Below, one piece after another: positions 12,898 through 27,400 of a stretch of 64,000 nt of DNA. Position 1 is the first letter of the stretch. Every line of letters begins with the position of its first letter. The notes below the pieces were generated by a model. The model worked only from the letters and a program-made list of their open reading frames with translations, was not told the origin of the DNA and did not search any database. A program made the position numbers and the translations under genes. The DNA comes from Paraspadella gotoi. Lineage: Eukaryota; Animalia; Chaetognatha. The DNA lies in the NCBI GenBank assembly GCA_051294375.1, contig CM119268.1:23327502-23391501 (forward strand), given 5' to 3'.

Positions 12898-14841
12898 AAC
12901 CCTGGGAGGTAGAGAGAGAGAGAAAGAGAGACAGAGAGAGAGAGAGAAAGAGAAAAAGAGTGAGAGAGAGAGAGAGACAAAGGGGGGATGCTAGCGGGGG
13001 AAAAGACGCTTGCATGCAAAAAACATGAAAGACGTCTTGGCAGCGTCCACGCGTTGCAGGCAGAAAGTAAGTCTCTCTCTCTCTTCTCTCTCTCTCTCTC
13101 TCNNNNNNNNNNNNNNNNNNNNNNNNNNNNNNNNNNNNNNNNNNNNNNNNNNNNNNNNNNNNNNNNNNNNNNNNNNNNNNNNNNNNNNNNNNNNNNNNNN
13201 NNNNNNNNNNNNNNNNNNNNNNNNNNNNNNNNNNNNNNNNNNNNNNNNNNNNNNNNNNNNNNNNNNNNNNNNNNNNNNNNNNNNNNNNNNNNNNNNNNNN
13301 NNNNNNNNNNNNNNNNNNNNNNNNNNNNNNNNNNNNNNNNNNNNNNNNNNNNNNNNNNNNNNNNNNNNNNNNNNNNNNNNNNNNNNNNNNNNNNNNNNNN
13401 NNNNNNNNNNNNNNNNNNNNNNNNNNNNNNNNNNNNNNNNNNNNNNNNNNNNNNNNNNNNNNNNNNNNNNNNNNNNNNNNNNNNNNNNNNNNNNNNNNNN
13501 NNNNNNNNNNNNNNNNNNNNNNNNNNNNNNNNNNNNNNNNNNNNNNNNNNNNNNNNNNNNNNNNNNNNNNNNNNNNNNNNNNNNNNNNNNNNNNNNNNNN
13601 NNNNNNNNNNNNNNNNNNNNNNNNNNNNNNNNNNNNNNNNNNNNNNNNNNNNNNNNNNNNNNNNNNNNNNNNNNNNNNNNNNNNNNNNNNNNNNNNNNNN
13701 NNNNNNNNNNNNNNNNNNNNNNNNNNNNNNNNNNNNNNNNNNNNNNNNNNNNNNNNNNNNNNNNNNNNNNNNNNNNNNNNNNNNNNNNNNNNNNNNNNNN
13801 NNNNNNNNNNNNNNNNNNNNNNNNNNNNNNNNNNNNNNNNNNNNNNNNNNNNNNNNNNNNNNNNNNNNNNNNNNNNNNNNNNNNNNNNNNNNNNNNNNNN
13901 NNNNNNNNNNNNNNNNNNNNNNNNNNNNNNNNNNNNNNNNNNNNNNNNNNNNNNNNNNNNNNNNNNNNNNNNNNNNNNNNNNNNNNNNNNNNNNNNNNNN
14001 NNNNNNNNNNNNNNNNNNNNNNNNNNNNNNNNNNNNNNNNNNNNNNNNNNNNNNNNNNNNNNNNNNNNNNNNNNNNNNNNNNNNACGGACGTAGGATTTT
14101 TATTATCGTCGCTTTGTAAGAATAACCCTGCAGCATTTTCTGCTGAAGCAACAGCAACAGAAACTGCATCAGCAACAGCAGTANNNNNNNNNNNNNNNNN
14201 NNNNNNNNNNNNNNNNNNNNNNNNNNNNNNNNNNNNNNNNNNNNNNNNNNNNNNNNNNNNNNNNNNNNNNNNNNNNNNNNNNNNNNNNNNNNNNNNNNNN
14301 NNNNNNNNNNNNNNNNNNNNNNNNNNNNNNNNNNNNNNNNNNNNNNNNNNNNNNNNNNNNNNNNNNNNNNNNNNNNNNNNNNNNNNNNNNNNNNNNNNNN
14401 NNNNNNNNNNNNGGTTATTGTGGAAGTCGGAACGAAGGCAGTTGGACATTGACTTCATTGGTGGTCATTGCAATCGTTGTGTTCTACATCAGGATCACGG
14501 TCATTGTTGACATCGACATCATCATCAACATCATCATCNNNNNNNNNNNNNNNNNNNNNNNNNNNNNNNNNNNNNNNNNNNNNNNNNNNNNNNNNNNNNN
14601 NNNNNNNNNNNNNNNNNNNNNNNNNNNNNNNNNNNNNNNNNNNNNNNNNNNNNNNNNNNNNNNNNNNNNNNNNNNNNNNNNNNNNNNNNNNNNNNNNNNN
14701 NNNNNNNNNNNNNNNNNNNNNNNNNNNNNNNNNNNNNNNNNNNNNNNNNNNNNNNNNNNNNNNNNNNNNNNNNNNNNNNNNNNNNNNNNNNNNNNNNNGA
14801 ATAAAACCGCCGGAATCCAAGTCGTGGATAAAGAATTTAAA

Positions 14842-14915
14842 GTTGAACGATCAGTTGAACGATCAGTTGAACGATCAGTTGAACGATCAGTTGAACGATC
14901 AGTTGAACGATCAGT
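14842..14915. repeat. Perfect 12-bp tandem repeat (GTTGAACGATCA)x6
   Basis: Six identical units read directly. Confidence 0.95.
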
Positions 14916-15187
14916 CTATTTCTTTCTAAGATATTTTTTTAATTCAAAAATTCTTCTCATTAAATTAACTACGCACGAATTTAAAAGTGAATTCCATTAA
15001 AGTGAAGATCACAAACATAAACATTCACAGACAAAGAAGAAATCTCACTCACGATTGAAATTCTTATGAATTCGACCCAAAAATTAAAAAAAAATGAATA
15101 AATGAATATATACATGAAAAACTTATTTTTTTCTTTCCCCAAAATATTTTTATTTTTCGTCGTAAATTGAAAGATATCGAATAAAAG

Positions 15188-15233
<46 letters not shown>

Positions 15234-15469
15234 TGACAACCCAATAAAGGTTTCGGTATTGAGCAGGAATCTTGAAAGTAAAAATGTAAAAATCACATTA
15301 TGTAAATTTAAAAGTAAGTGGCCCAGACCCACGGACGGACAGATGGACCAACCGTTAATGAGTTTCTTCTAGATTAATTACGCGGGATTCGAACCCGAAC
15401 TCTTTTCATCCATAAACCAACATCGTTCACGATGATATAAAGAAGAGTCAACCACCTGCTGGTCGACGT

Positions 15470-18400
15470 TGTTGGTGTCATCGTCATCATCATCTCGGTC
15501 GACGTTGTCATCGTCGTCTTCATCTTCGTCGTCATCATCGTCGTCTTTCGCTCGTCGTCTTCAGATCATTGTCTTTCTTGATCTTCCGTCGTCATCATCA
15601 GCGGTCGTCCTTCATCATCGTCGTCAATGGCAATCGTAATATCTTCAATCATCAGTCGTCATCCGATCCTCGTCTTCATCTTCGTCCTCCATGTCAATTT
15701 CGTCGTCTTCATCTTCGTCGTGCATCAATCCGTCGTCATCATCGTCGTTTCTTCCATACATCGTCGTCATAATCGTTCGTCTTCATAGCATTCGTCGTCC
15801 ATCGTCGTCTTCATCTTCGTTCGTCATCATCGTCGTCTCATCATCAATCGTCTTCTTCATCTTCGTCCGTCATCATCATCGTCGTCTTCATCTTCGCGTT
15901 CATCATCGTCGTCTTCATCATACGTTCGTTCCCAATCCCCCCCCCATCCGTTCCCCCCCGTTTTCTTTCAATCATACCCGTTCGTCATCCATCGCGTCTC
16001 AATATCATCGTCTTCATTGCAATAATACGTCGTGCATCATCGTCGTCTTCCCATATTCGTGCGTCATCATCGTCTCTTCCATCATCGTCGTCTTCACATC
16101 TTCGTCGTCCATTACATTCGTCGTCATCATCGTCTTTCTTCATTTCATTCGTCGTCAATCATCGTCGTTCTTCATCTTCGTCGTCTTCATATCTTCGTCG
16201 TGCATCATCGTCGTCTTCAATCCTTCGTCGTCATCATGCGTATTCATCATCTTCGTCGTCATCATCGTCCGTCTATCAAATCGTCGTCTTACATCATCGT
16301 CGTCTTCATACTTTTGTCGTCACTCATGCGTCGTCTTCAATCTTCGTCGTGGCAATAGCATCGTCGTTTCATCTTCGTCGTCTTCATCTTCGTCGTTACT
16401 CATCCATTCGTTCGTCATTATCTCGTCGTCGTTCCTGAGATGCTTCGTACGTACATCCATCGTCGTCTTGGCATCATGTCGTCTGTCTCATCTTCGTCGT
16501 CTTATCTTTACGTCGTCATCCAATCAGTCGTCTTACACTTCGTCGTCTCATCGCTCGTCTTTCAATTCTTTTCGGTCCGACCCCCCCCCCTCATCATCGT
16601 CGTCTTCATCTTCGTCGTCTCCTCTTCGGTCGTCTTCATAACTTCGTCGTCCATGCATCGTCGTCTTCATGCTTCGTCGTCATCATCGTCGTCTCTCTCG
16701 TCGTCTCATACTTCGTGTCTTCATCTTCGTCGTCTTCATCTTCGTTCGTCTTCATAGCTTCGTCTCAACATCGTCGTCTTCATGCATCGTCGTCTTCGTC
16801 TTCTCGTCTTCACTTCGTCGTCTCATCTTCGTCGTTCATCCATCGTCGTCTCATCATCGTCGTATTCATTCTTCGTCGTCTTACATCTTCGATCGGTCTT
16901 CATACTTTTCGGTCAGTTCTTCATTCGTCGTCATCATCATCGTCGTCTTCATCTTTCGTTCACGGTTCATACTTCGTCGTCAATCATACTCGTCTTCATC
17001 CATCGTCGTTTTCATCTTCGTGTCTCAGTCGTTCGTCGTCATATACCATAACGTCGTCTTCATCATCGTCGTCTTCCACCCTGCTTCATCATTACGTCGT
17101 CTTCATTGAGGCCTTCGTCCGCGTCATTCATGGTTTTGCGTGCGTCCTTCATGGGCTTTCCGTCGTCTTCATTTCTCTTCGTCGTCATCCATCGTCGTCT
17201 TCAGTACTTCGTCGTCTTCATACTTGCTTCGTGCGTCTTCATCTTCGTCGTCTCATCTTCGTCGTCTTCATTCTTCGTGCGTCATCATCCGTCGGTCTTC
17301 ATCATCGTCGTCTTCATTTCTTCGTCGCTTTCATCATCCGTCTTCTTCATCATCCGTCGTCACTTCCACTCGTCGTCTTGCATCATCGTCGTCCATCATC
17401 GTCGGTCGTCATCATCATCGGTCAATAACCTCATCGCGTCGTCTTCGTCATATCGTCGTCATCATTGTCGTTCTTCAATTTCTTCGTTCGTCATCATCCG
17501 TCGTCTTCATCTCGTACGTCATACCATTCGTCGTCTTCATTCATCGTACGTACTTCATTGTCTTTTCTATATGTCGTCTTCATCGTCGTACATCTATCAT
17601 CGTCGTCTTTGCAATGACTCTTCCGTCGTGGTCTCATCGCTTCGTGTCGTCCATGACGCGCGATACATTGTTCGTCTCATCCTTACGTCGCGTGATACAT
17701 TCGTGCTTCATCGCTTACCGTCGTCTTCATCTTCTATCGCGTATCGTCCTGCATCTTCGTTCGTCTTCATCTGTCGTCTATCATCATCCGTCGTCTTCAT
17801 CTTCGTGGGCTTCTTTCGTGCTTGTCTTCATTCGTATTCTCTTCGTTCCGTCATTTCATCTGTCGTCATCATGCAATCGTCGTTCTCTTCGTCGTCTTCA
17901 TTTCGTCGTCGTTACTCGTCGTCACATCGTCATCATGTACGTCTTCATTTCTCGTCGTCTTCATACTCTCGTTCATCGTCTCATCACTCGTCGTATCATC
18001 CTTCGTCGTCTTCATCTTCGTCGTCATGATCTTCGTCAGTCATACATCGTCGTATTCATGCTTTCGTCGTTTACGATCTATCGTCTGTATCAGCGTCCTT
18101 CGCTGTCTTATCTTCGTCGTCTTCATCCCTCGCATATCGTCTCCGTAATTCATCTCGCTAGAATGTCGTCTATACATCTTCTCTCGTATTTCGTTTCTCA
18201 CATATCTTCGTCTCGTCTCATGGTGTATCTCGTCGTCTCATCGTCGTCGTTCATCATCGTCGTCTTCATCTCGTCGTCTTCATCTTTCGTCTCATGTTCA
18301 TTTCCTTTTATCTTCGTGTCATCATCGTCGTCATTCATTGCGTTTATGCTCTCGGTCATGTCTTCTTCAATCTGTTCATGTCGTCCATCATCGCATCTGT

Positions 18401-21400
18401 CGTCATTCATCGTCGTCGTCATTGTCGATCATTCGTCCTCGTCTCTCATCTTCGTCGTCCACGTGTCCATTCGTCGTATCATTCCGTCTTTATTTTGCAT
18501 CATCTTGTGTATCGTCGTATCTTTTCTATCTTCGTCTTCATCATCGTCGTCTTCATCTCTGTCGCGTCTTCATCTTCGTCGTACCGTCATCATCTCGTCT
18601 ACTCGTCTATCATCTTCGTCGTCATCTCACATCTTCGTTCGATCTCATCTTCGTCGTCATTTAATGTCGTTATCATGTCATTCCGCTTCTCGTCTCATTC
18701 GTCTCATCTTTCGTCTGTCATCATGTCGTCTTTGTCGTCATTCTTCTCATCTTCGTCGTCTTCATCTTCGTCGTCTTTCATTTGGTTATCAATGGTCGTA
18801 TTCATCTTCTTACGTCTTCACTTCGTTCGTCATCATCTTTCGTCGTCATCACCGTACTCTGTCTTACTCTTCTTCATCCGTCGGTCTTCATCTATCGTCG
18901 TCTACTTTCTCAGTCGTCGGTACTTCATTTCGTCGTTCATGACATCGTTCGTCTTCATCTTCGTCGCTCATCCTTCGTCGTCACATGCGTCGTCTTCATC
19001 TTGTCGTCTTCATTCTTCGTCGTCATCATCGTCGTATTCATGGACCTTTCGTGCGTCTCATGCACGCATCATCGTCTCTGTCATCTGTTCATATCTCGGA
19101 TACGTCTTCATCTTGCTATCACTGTTTCAATTCACATCGTCGTCTCATCTGTCTTTATCTTCGTTCATCTCATCCGTTCTTCATACTTCGGTCGTTCATC
19201 GTCGATCATTCGTCGTCTTCATCTCTGTCATTTCATCTTCGCGTCTATGTCATCGTCGATTCGTCGTCTTCAATCTTCGTCTTCTCATCGTCGTATCATT
19301 CTACGTCGTCTTCATTCTTCTCGTCATCTCGTCGTTTCATTCGTTTCTTATGCTTCGATGTCATCTCTTCGTCGGCAATCATCATCGTCGTTCAACTCTT
19401 CGTCGTCAATCTTCGCGTCGTCGATCCTTGGTCGTCATTTCATTCATTCGTCGTCTTCATCTTGCGTCTCTACATCCGTCGTCTTTCATGTCGTCGTCGT
19501 CATTTCGTCGTCATCATCGTCGTATCCATGTCGTTTCTTCTTCGTCGTCTTCATCTCTTCGTCGTTCGATCGTTCTATCGTCGTTTTCATCTCGTCTGTA
19601 TTTTCATCTTCGGTCGTCGGTTATCTCGTACGTCATCAGCGTTCTCATCTGTCCGTTTGCAATAACACTGTGCCCGTCGTTCATCGTATCGTCGTATCTC
19701 GTTCGTGTACTTCTGATCTTCACTCATCATCGTCGTCTTCATCTAGTCGTGTCTTATCGTCTCTATCATCGTTTCGTCCTTATCTTCGTCGTCATGGCTA
19801 TCGGCGGTCCTTGTGTCATCTATGTCGTCATCATCGTCGTTGCGTTATCTTCTCATGCCGTCGTCTATCATCTTCTGAGTCGTCTCATCTTCGTCCGTCG
19901 ATCATCGTCTGTATTCAATCTTCGTCGTCTTCATTCTTTCGTCTTCATCTATCGTCGTCTCATCTTCGTCGTCTTCATCTCGCATCTCTCGTTTCTCGTC
20001 GTCTTCATCTTCGTCGAGTCATAGTATCTGTCGTTCTCATCGCTCGTGCTAGTCTTTTTCATCAGTCGGTCGTCATCATCGTCGTCTTCATGTCTTCGTC
20101 GTCTCATCTTCGTCTGTCAAATACTCCTCGATCGTCTTACTTCTCGTCTCATCGTCGTCTTTCATCTTCGTCGTCTTCATCTTCGTCGTCATCATCGTCG
20201 TATTCATCTTGTCGTCTCTTTACGTCCGTCATAGTCGTCCATTCTTCTATGTCTTCATCATCGTCGTCATTCATCGTCTTCCTCGTCGTATCATCGTTCA
20301 TCATCTCGTCTCGTCTTTATCATACGTCGTTTCATCTTCGTCGTCTTCATCGTGATCATCGTCGTATATCTTCGTCTCGTCTTATCATCGTCGTCATTCA
20401 TCGTCTCATCTTCATTCATCTTGTGCGTCTTTCGTCTTGGCATCATCGGTCGTCTCTGCTCTCATCTTCGTCGTCTTCAATGCTTCGTTTCACTCGTCGC
20501 ATCATTATCGTCGTTATTCACTCTTCGTCGTCTTCATCTCGTGTCATACCTTCGTCGTATCATCTTCGTCGTTCTCATCATGCGTCTCATCTATCGCTCA
20601 GTCTTAGCGTTCATCATCTCTTCTTTCATCATCGTCTTATTCGTCTTCATCTTCATCGTCTTCTTCTTTCGTCGTCATCATGCGGTCGTCTTCATTCATC
20701 GATCGTCATCATCGTTCGTCTTTCATCTTCGTCGTCTTCATCTTCGTCGTCTTCATCTTCACGTCGTAACATCACGTATAGTCATATTCATTCTTCGGGG
20801 TGCGTTCTTCATCTTTCGTCGTCATACATCTTTCGTCGTCATCATCGTCGTATTCATCTTCGTCGTCTTCTCTTCGTACTTCCATTCATGTCGTCTTCAT
20901 CTTCGTGTCGCTCCATCGTCGTCGTCACATCGTCGTATTCTATCTGTCGTCGTTTCATTTCGTCGTCATCATCTTCGTCGTCTCAATCGTCGTAATTCAT
21001 CTTCTCGTCTTCAATACCCTTCGTCGTCATGTATCTTCGTCGTCATCATCGTCTTTCTTTCGTCTTATCTGTCGTCATCATCTTCGTCGTCATCTCATGC
21101 GTCTTCATCTTGCGTCGTCTAGTCTTCACGTCGTCATTATCTGATACGTTCGTCAATCGGATCGTCGGTATGCATGTCGTCTTCATGTCTTATCTGCGTC
21201 TTCAATGCATCGTCGTCTTCATTAACTTCTGTCGGTCATCATCCGTCGTTTCATCTTCGTCGTCGTTCATCTTCGTCCTGCATCTCTTCGTGTCATCATC
21301 GTCGGTATTCATCGTTCGTGTTTCATTCGGTTTCATCTATCGTCGTTCATCATACTTTCGTTCGTCTATAATTCGTCGTTTCCATTCTTTCGATGTAACT

Positions 21401-24400
21401 TCTATCAGTCGTCTCATCATTCGCGCTCTCATCGTCTCATCATCGTCGTCTTCATCTTCTCATCTGTCTTTCATTTTCCGTCGTCATCCATCGTCGTCCT
21501 TATTTCTTCGTCTGTCTCATCGTTCGTCCTGTCCATCTCCGTCTATCATAGCTGTCGTTCATCATCGTCGTCTCGATCAGTTTCTTCATCATCGTCTTCA
21601 TCATTCGTCGTCATCTTCATCGTCTTCCAATCATCGTCGTCATCATCGTCGTCTTCCATCATCGTCGCTCATCAATCTGGCGTCTTCATTCTTCGTCGTC
21701 ATGATTACTCGTTCGTCTTCATCTTCGTCGTCATACACTCGTCGTAAATTCCATCTTCGTCGTCTTCATCGTTCTTCGTCGTTCATCAATTCGTCGTCAT
21801 CAATCGGTCGTCTGTTCATCTTCGTCGTCATTTCGATGCCATCATCGGTCTTCATCATCGTCGTCTTCATCTCTCGCTCCATCGTCGTCATCATATCGTG
21901 TCATCATCGTCGTCTCATATCGTATATCTTCGTCGTCTCATCTTCGTCGTCATCATCTTCGTCATCCAAATGCATCAGTCGTATTCAATACTCGTTTCGT
22001 GTCGTTTCATCCTTCGTCGTCACATAACGTCGTATTCATCTTCGTCGTCTTTCATCTTTCGTCGTCATGCAATCGTCGTTTCATCGGGTCTTCGGTCGTT
22101 CTTCATCTCTTCGTCGTCATCATTCGTCGTCATCTAATCGTCGTCTTCATAAAATCTTCCGTCTCGTTTCATGTCGCTTCGTAACGTCGTTCATCGTCGT
22201 CGTTACAAAAATCCGTCGTCTTCATCGGTATGTGACTTCGTCTTCAATTGATCGTCGTCTTCATCCCTTCGTACGCTTCATACTTCGTCGTCATCGATTG
22301 TCGTATTTCATATCTTACGTCGTCTTCATCCTTCGTCGTCATCAAATCGTTCGTCATCATCAGTTCGTACTTCATTGCTTCGTTGCGTCCTTCATCTCGT
22401 CCGTCGTTTATTCCCGTCGTCGTCTACATCATCGTCGTCTTTCAATGGTCGCTTACGTCCTCAGACGACCACAAACCTAAACTACATGCGTCGTTCATTA
22501 GCTTCGTCCGTCTTCGGATGTCTTCGCTATGTCCGTCATCATTCGTCAGATCAATCTTTACCGTGTGACGTCTTCAATNNNNNNNNNNNNNNNNNNNNNN
22601 NNNGTTAGTTTATGTTAATTTTGAAATTAATCGTCTTCATCTTCGTCGATCGCGTTATGCGTCGCTCGTCATCATCGTTCGTCACTTTCATCTCGTCTTT
22701 CATCATCGTTCTTCATCATGTCGCTTCGGTCGTCTTCATCTTGTCTTTCTTCATCGTCGTCATTCTCTGCGTTCGTCCTTCATCTCGTCGTCTGGCTCTA
22801 TACTCATCGATCAGCGTCACCGATCCTCGTCTTCATCTTCGTCGCTCTTCAATTTCGTCGTCTTCTCTCGTCGTATCACGTCGTCTCTCGTCGTTCATTC
22901 CATACATCGTGGTCTCAATCTTCGTCTTCATTACATTCGTCGTCCATCGTCGTTTCATCTTCGTTCGTCATCATCGTCGATCTCATCTATCGTCGTCTTC
23001 ATCTTCGTCCGTCATATCTATCGTCAGTCTTCATCGTCGTTCATCTATCGTCGTCTTCATCATACGTTCGTTCAATCCCCCAGTCACTTCCGTTCTTCTC
23101 ATCATCCCGTCTGTCAGTCATCGCGATATCTCATTTCACTTCGTCTTCATTATATACGTCGTGCATTCATCGTCGCTTCATTCGTGCGTCACATCGTTCT
23201 CTTCCATCATGCGTCGTCATCCATTCGTCGTCCTTACATGTCATCTCGCTTTTCTCATTCGTGTCAATCATCGTCGTCTTCATCTTCGTCGTCTTCATCT
23301 TTCGTCGTCATTCATCGCGTTTCAATCCTTCGTCGCTCTCGTATTCTCATCTTCGTCGTCATCATCGTCGTCTATCAAACGTCTTCTCATCGTCGTCTTC
23401 ATACTTGTCGTCATCTGCGTCGTCTTCAATCTTCTCTGCAATGCACGTCGTTTCATCATCAGTCGTCTTCATCTTCGTCGTCTTCATCATTCGTCCGTCA
23501 TTATCGTCGTCGTTCGGATCATCGTCGTACATCCATCTCGTCTTGCATCAGTCGTCGATCTCGTCGTCTATCTTACGTCGTCTCTCAGCCTTACTTCGTC
23601 GTCTCATCGGCTCATCTTTCGTCCGCCCTATACGCGTTCATCGCGCTCCTCTTCGGTCGTCTTCATAACTTCGGTCGTCCATCATCGCTCTTCATGCTCG
23701 GTCATCATCGTCGTACTTCTGCTCTCATCTTCTGCTCTTTGTCGTCTTCACTTCTTCGTCTTCTAGCTTTCACATCGTCGTCTCTGCACTCGTCTTCGTC
23801 TCGTTCTCGTCGTTCATTCGTCATCCATCGTCGTTCATCATCGTCGTATTCATCTCGTCGTCTTACATCTTCGATCGTCATTCATCTTTTCGGTCGTTCT
23901 TCATCGTCGATCATCATCATCGTCGTCTTCATCTCGTGTCGTTCACGTGTCGTCATATCGTCTGTCATCATACTCGTCTTCATCATCGTCGTCTCTTTCA
24001 TCTTCTTCATCTGTCGTCTCGTCAATCCATAACGTCGTCTTCATCATCGTCGTCGTCTCACCTGCTTCATCTTCGTCGTCTTCACTTCGCGTCTTTCTCT
24101 TGGCGTCATTCATGGTTTGCGTTCCTTCATCTCTTCTCGTCTTCATCTTCCTTCGTCGTCATCTTCGTCGTCTTCATCTCGTCGTATTCATATTGCTTCG
24201 TGGTCTTATCTTCTCGTTTCGTGTCTTCATCTCGGTCATCATCGTCGGTCTTCATCATCGTCGTCTTCATTCTTCGTGCTTTCAGGTCCGTTCATCGTGT
24301 CACTTCACTGTGTCTGCTCATGTGTCATCATGTCGTCGTCACATCATCGTTCAATCGCTCATCGTCGTCTTCGCTCGTCGTATCATTGCTCTTCATTTCT

Positions 24401-27400
24401 CGTTCGTCATCATCCGTCGTCTTCATCTTCGTCTCATCTTCGTCGTCTTCATCGATCGTACGTACTTCATTCTTTCAGTCGTCTCATCATGTCGTATCAT
24501 CATCTGTCTTTGCATCGATCTTGTCTGGTCATATCGTTCTTCGTCATGACGCGATCATGTCGTCTCCTAGTCGTGATACTTCTGTATCGTTACCGTCTCA
24601 CTCTTGCGTCGTTCATTCCGTGTTTCATCGTCGTCATCATCATCCGTTCGTCTTTCATCTTCGCCGTGCGTCTTCATCTTCGTGTCGACATCGTCGTCAT
24701 CAAATTCGTTCGTCGTCTCATCTCGTCGTTTCATCTCATTCAGTCGTCTTCATTCTTCGTCGTCATTCATCTTTCGTCGTCCTCAGCTCTCATTCGTCGT
24801 TTCATCTTCGTCTTCTATCATCTTCGTCTTCATACATCGTCGTATTCATTCTATCGTCGTATCTTTACGTGTCTCAACCGTCGTTCGTCATCAGCTTCGT
24901 CGTACTTCATCTCGCCATACTGTCTTCATCAACTCCGAATCATCTCTGATATCGTCGCATCATACATCGGTCGTCATCATCTTCGTCGTTTCACAATCTT
25001 CGTCGTCGGTCTATCGTGTCGTATTTCATCTGTCGTCTTCATCTTCGTCGTTCATTCGTCGTTTCATCTTCGCGTCTTCATCTTCTGTCATCATCGTGTC
25101 ATCCATCGCATGTCTTCGTCGTCTTCATTCTTCGTTCGTCTCATCGTCGTTCATCATCGTCGTCTTCATCTTCGCTCGTCATCTTCACTCGGTCGGGTTC
25201 AGTTCGGTAGTCCGTATACTTCCTGCATAACTGTCGTCGTCATCGTTGGTCCATCATCTCGTTACGTCTTCATCTTCGGTCTTCATCATCGTCGTCTTCA
25301 TATCCGGCTCATGTTTCGCATTCGTCTTCATCATCTGCGGTCTCCTCAGTGTATCATGTCATCACTCGTTGTCGTATCATTGCGTCGTCATTCATCTTCG
25401 TCGTCATCATCTTCGTCGTCATCATTTGTCGTATTCAATGCTTCGTCGTCTCATCTTTCGTCTTCATCATGCGTGCGTCTTCATCTTCGTCGTCTTCATC
25501 TTCGTCGTCATCATCTGTCGTATTATCTTCGTACGTCTTCATACTTCGTCGTCATCATCTTCGAACTTTCGTTCTCACCGTCGTCATATCGTTCTCTTCA
25601 TCATCGGTCGTCATCCATCGTCGTCTTCATCTTCGTCGTCATCATCGGGTTCGTCTTCATCTTCGTCGCTCACTTCGTCGTCATCATCGTCGTCTTCATC
25701 TTTCGTCGTCTTCATCTTCGTCGTCATCATCGGTCGTATTCATGGACTTCGTCGTCGTCTTCATCATCGTCCGTCCATCATACCGTACTCTTCTTACATG
25801 AATTCATCGTCTTCATCATCTCGTCATCTCATCGTCTTCATACTTCGTCGTTCATCCATCGTCGGTCTTCATCATCGTCGTCATCTATGCGTTCGTTTCA
25901 ATCTTCGTCGTTTCCATCATTCGTCGTCGTCATTCATTCGTCGTCATCATCGCGTTTATTTTCGCCGTGCTCGTCTGCCAACTTCATCGTCGTCATTACA
26001 CTTCGTCGTCGATCAATTCCGTCATGAATTCATCTGTAGTCGTCGGTCGTTTCATCTGTCGTCTTCATCATCTGCGTTCTTCATCTATCACGTCGTCTTC
26101 ATGTCTCTCGTATATTCGTCATCATGCGATCGTCGTATCCATCTTCTTGTCGTCTTCATCTTCGTCGTCATCATCTTCGTCGTCATCATCGTCGTATTCA
26201 TCTTGTCGTCTTCATCTTCCTCGTCGTATTCGTCGTCGTTCATCTCGTCTCTCTTTCATCTCCGTCTTCATTCTCGTCGTATCTCTTCAGTCGTCTTCTG
26301 ATCTTCTGCGTCATCATCGTCGTCATTCATCATCTGTTCATCGTGTCTTTCCATCGTTCGTCGTCTTATCTTCGTCGTCGTTTATCGCGTCGTCATCATC
26401 GTCGTTATTCAATCGTTCGGCGATTACTTCATCTTTCGTCGTCATCATCTTCGAGTCCGTCCTCTCGTCTCATGCATCGTCGTAATTCATCTTCGTCGTC
26501 TTCATTTCGTCTTCCGTCATCATCGTCGTCTTCATCGTCAGTCTTCCATCTCGTCGTCATCATCGTCTATCTCAGTCGTTTCGTCGTTTCATTCTCGTCG
26601 TCTTTTCATCTTCGCGTCATCTGTCGTCTTCATCGTCGTCTTCATCTTCGTCGTCAATCATCCTATACGTCGTAGCTCAGTCCTTCCTTTGCATCTTCGT
26701 CGTATCATCGTCATATCGTCGTATTCATCTTCGTCGTCTTTCACTCTTCTTCGTCGCTCATCTTCTCATCTTCGTCGTCATCTATACGTCGTATTCATCC
26801 TTCGTCGTCTCTAGATTCGTCGTCATCATCTTCGTCGTCATGCATCGTCGTATTCATCTTTCGAATCGGTGCGGTATCATCGTGTCTTCGTCGTCTCATC
26901 ATTCGTCGTCTTCAATGCATTCGTCGCTTCATCTTCTTCGTCATCATATCGTCGTTTTCATCTGTCGTCTGCTCATCTTCGTCCGTCTCCATCGTCGTAT
27001 TCAGTTCTTCGGTTCTCATGCTTGCGCTTGCTCATCATCTTCTATCGTCGTCTTCATGCTCATCTTTCGTCGTCATCATCGGTCGTATTCATTCGAGTCT
27101 CATCGTCGTCTTTCTATCTCGTTCGTCGTCATCTTCGTCGTCTCTTCAGGTCATCGTACGTCAGTATCACTCGTCGTCCTTCATCTTCGTCGTCATCATC
27201 TTCGTTCATCATCTCGTTGTCATCACATCGTCGTCTTATTCCTCTTCGTCTTCATCAGGTCTCGAATCGTTTCCATCTCGTCGTGCATCATCGTCGTATA
27301 TCACTCGTCATCTTCGTCGCTCATCATCGTCGTCATCGATTCGTAATTCATCTTCGTCGTATACATCGTCGTGTTATCTCGTCTTCATCATTCGTCGTCA

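Noticed and set aside
15380-15400. GGGATTCGAACCC (B box on the minus strand)
   Set aside because: Isolated motif with no A box or element boundaries that I could define.
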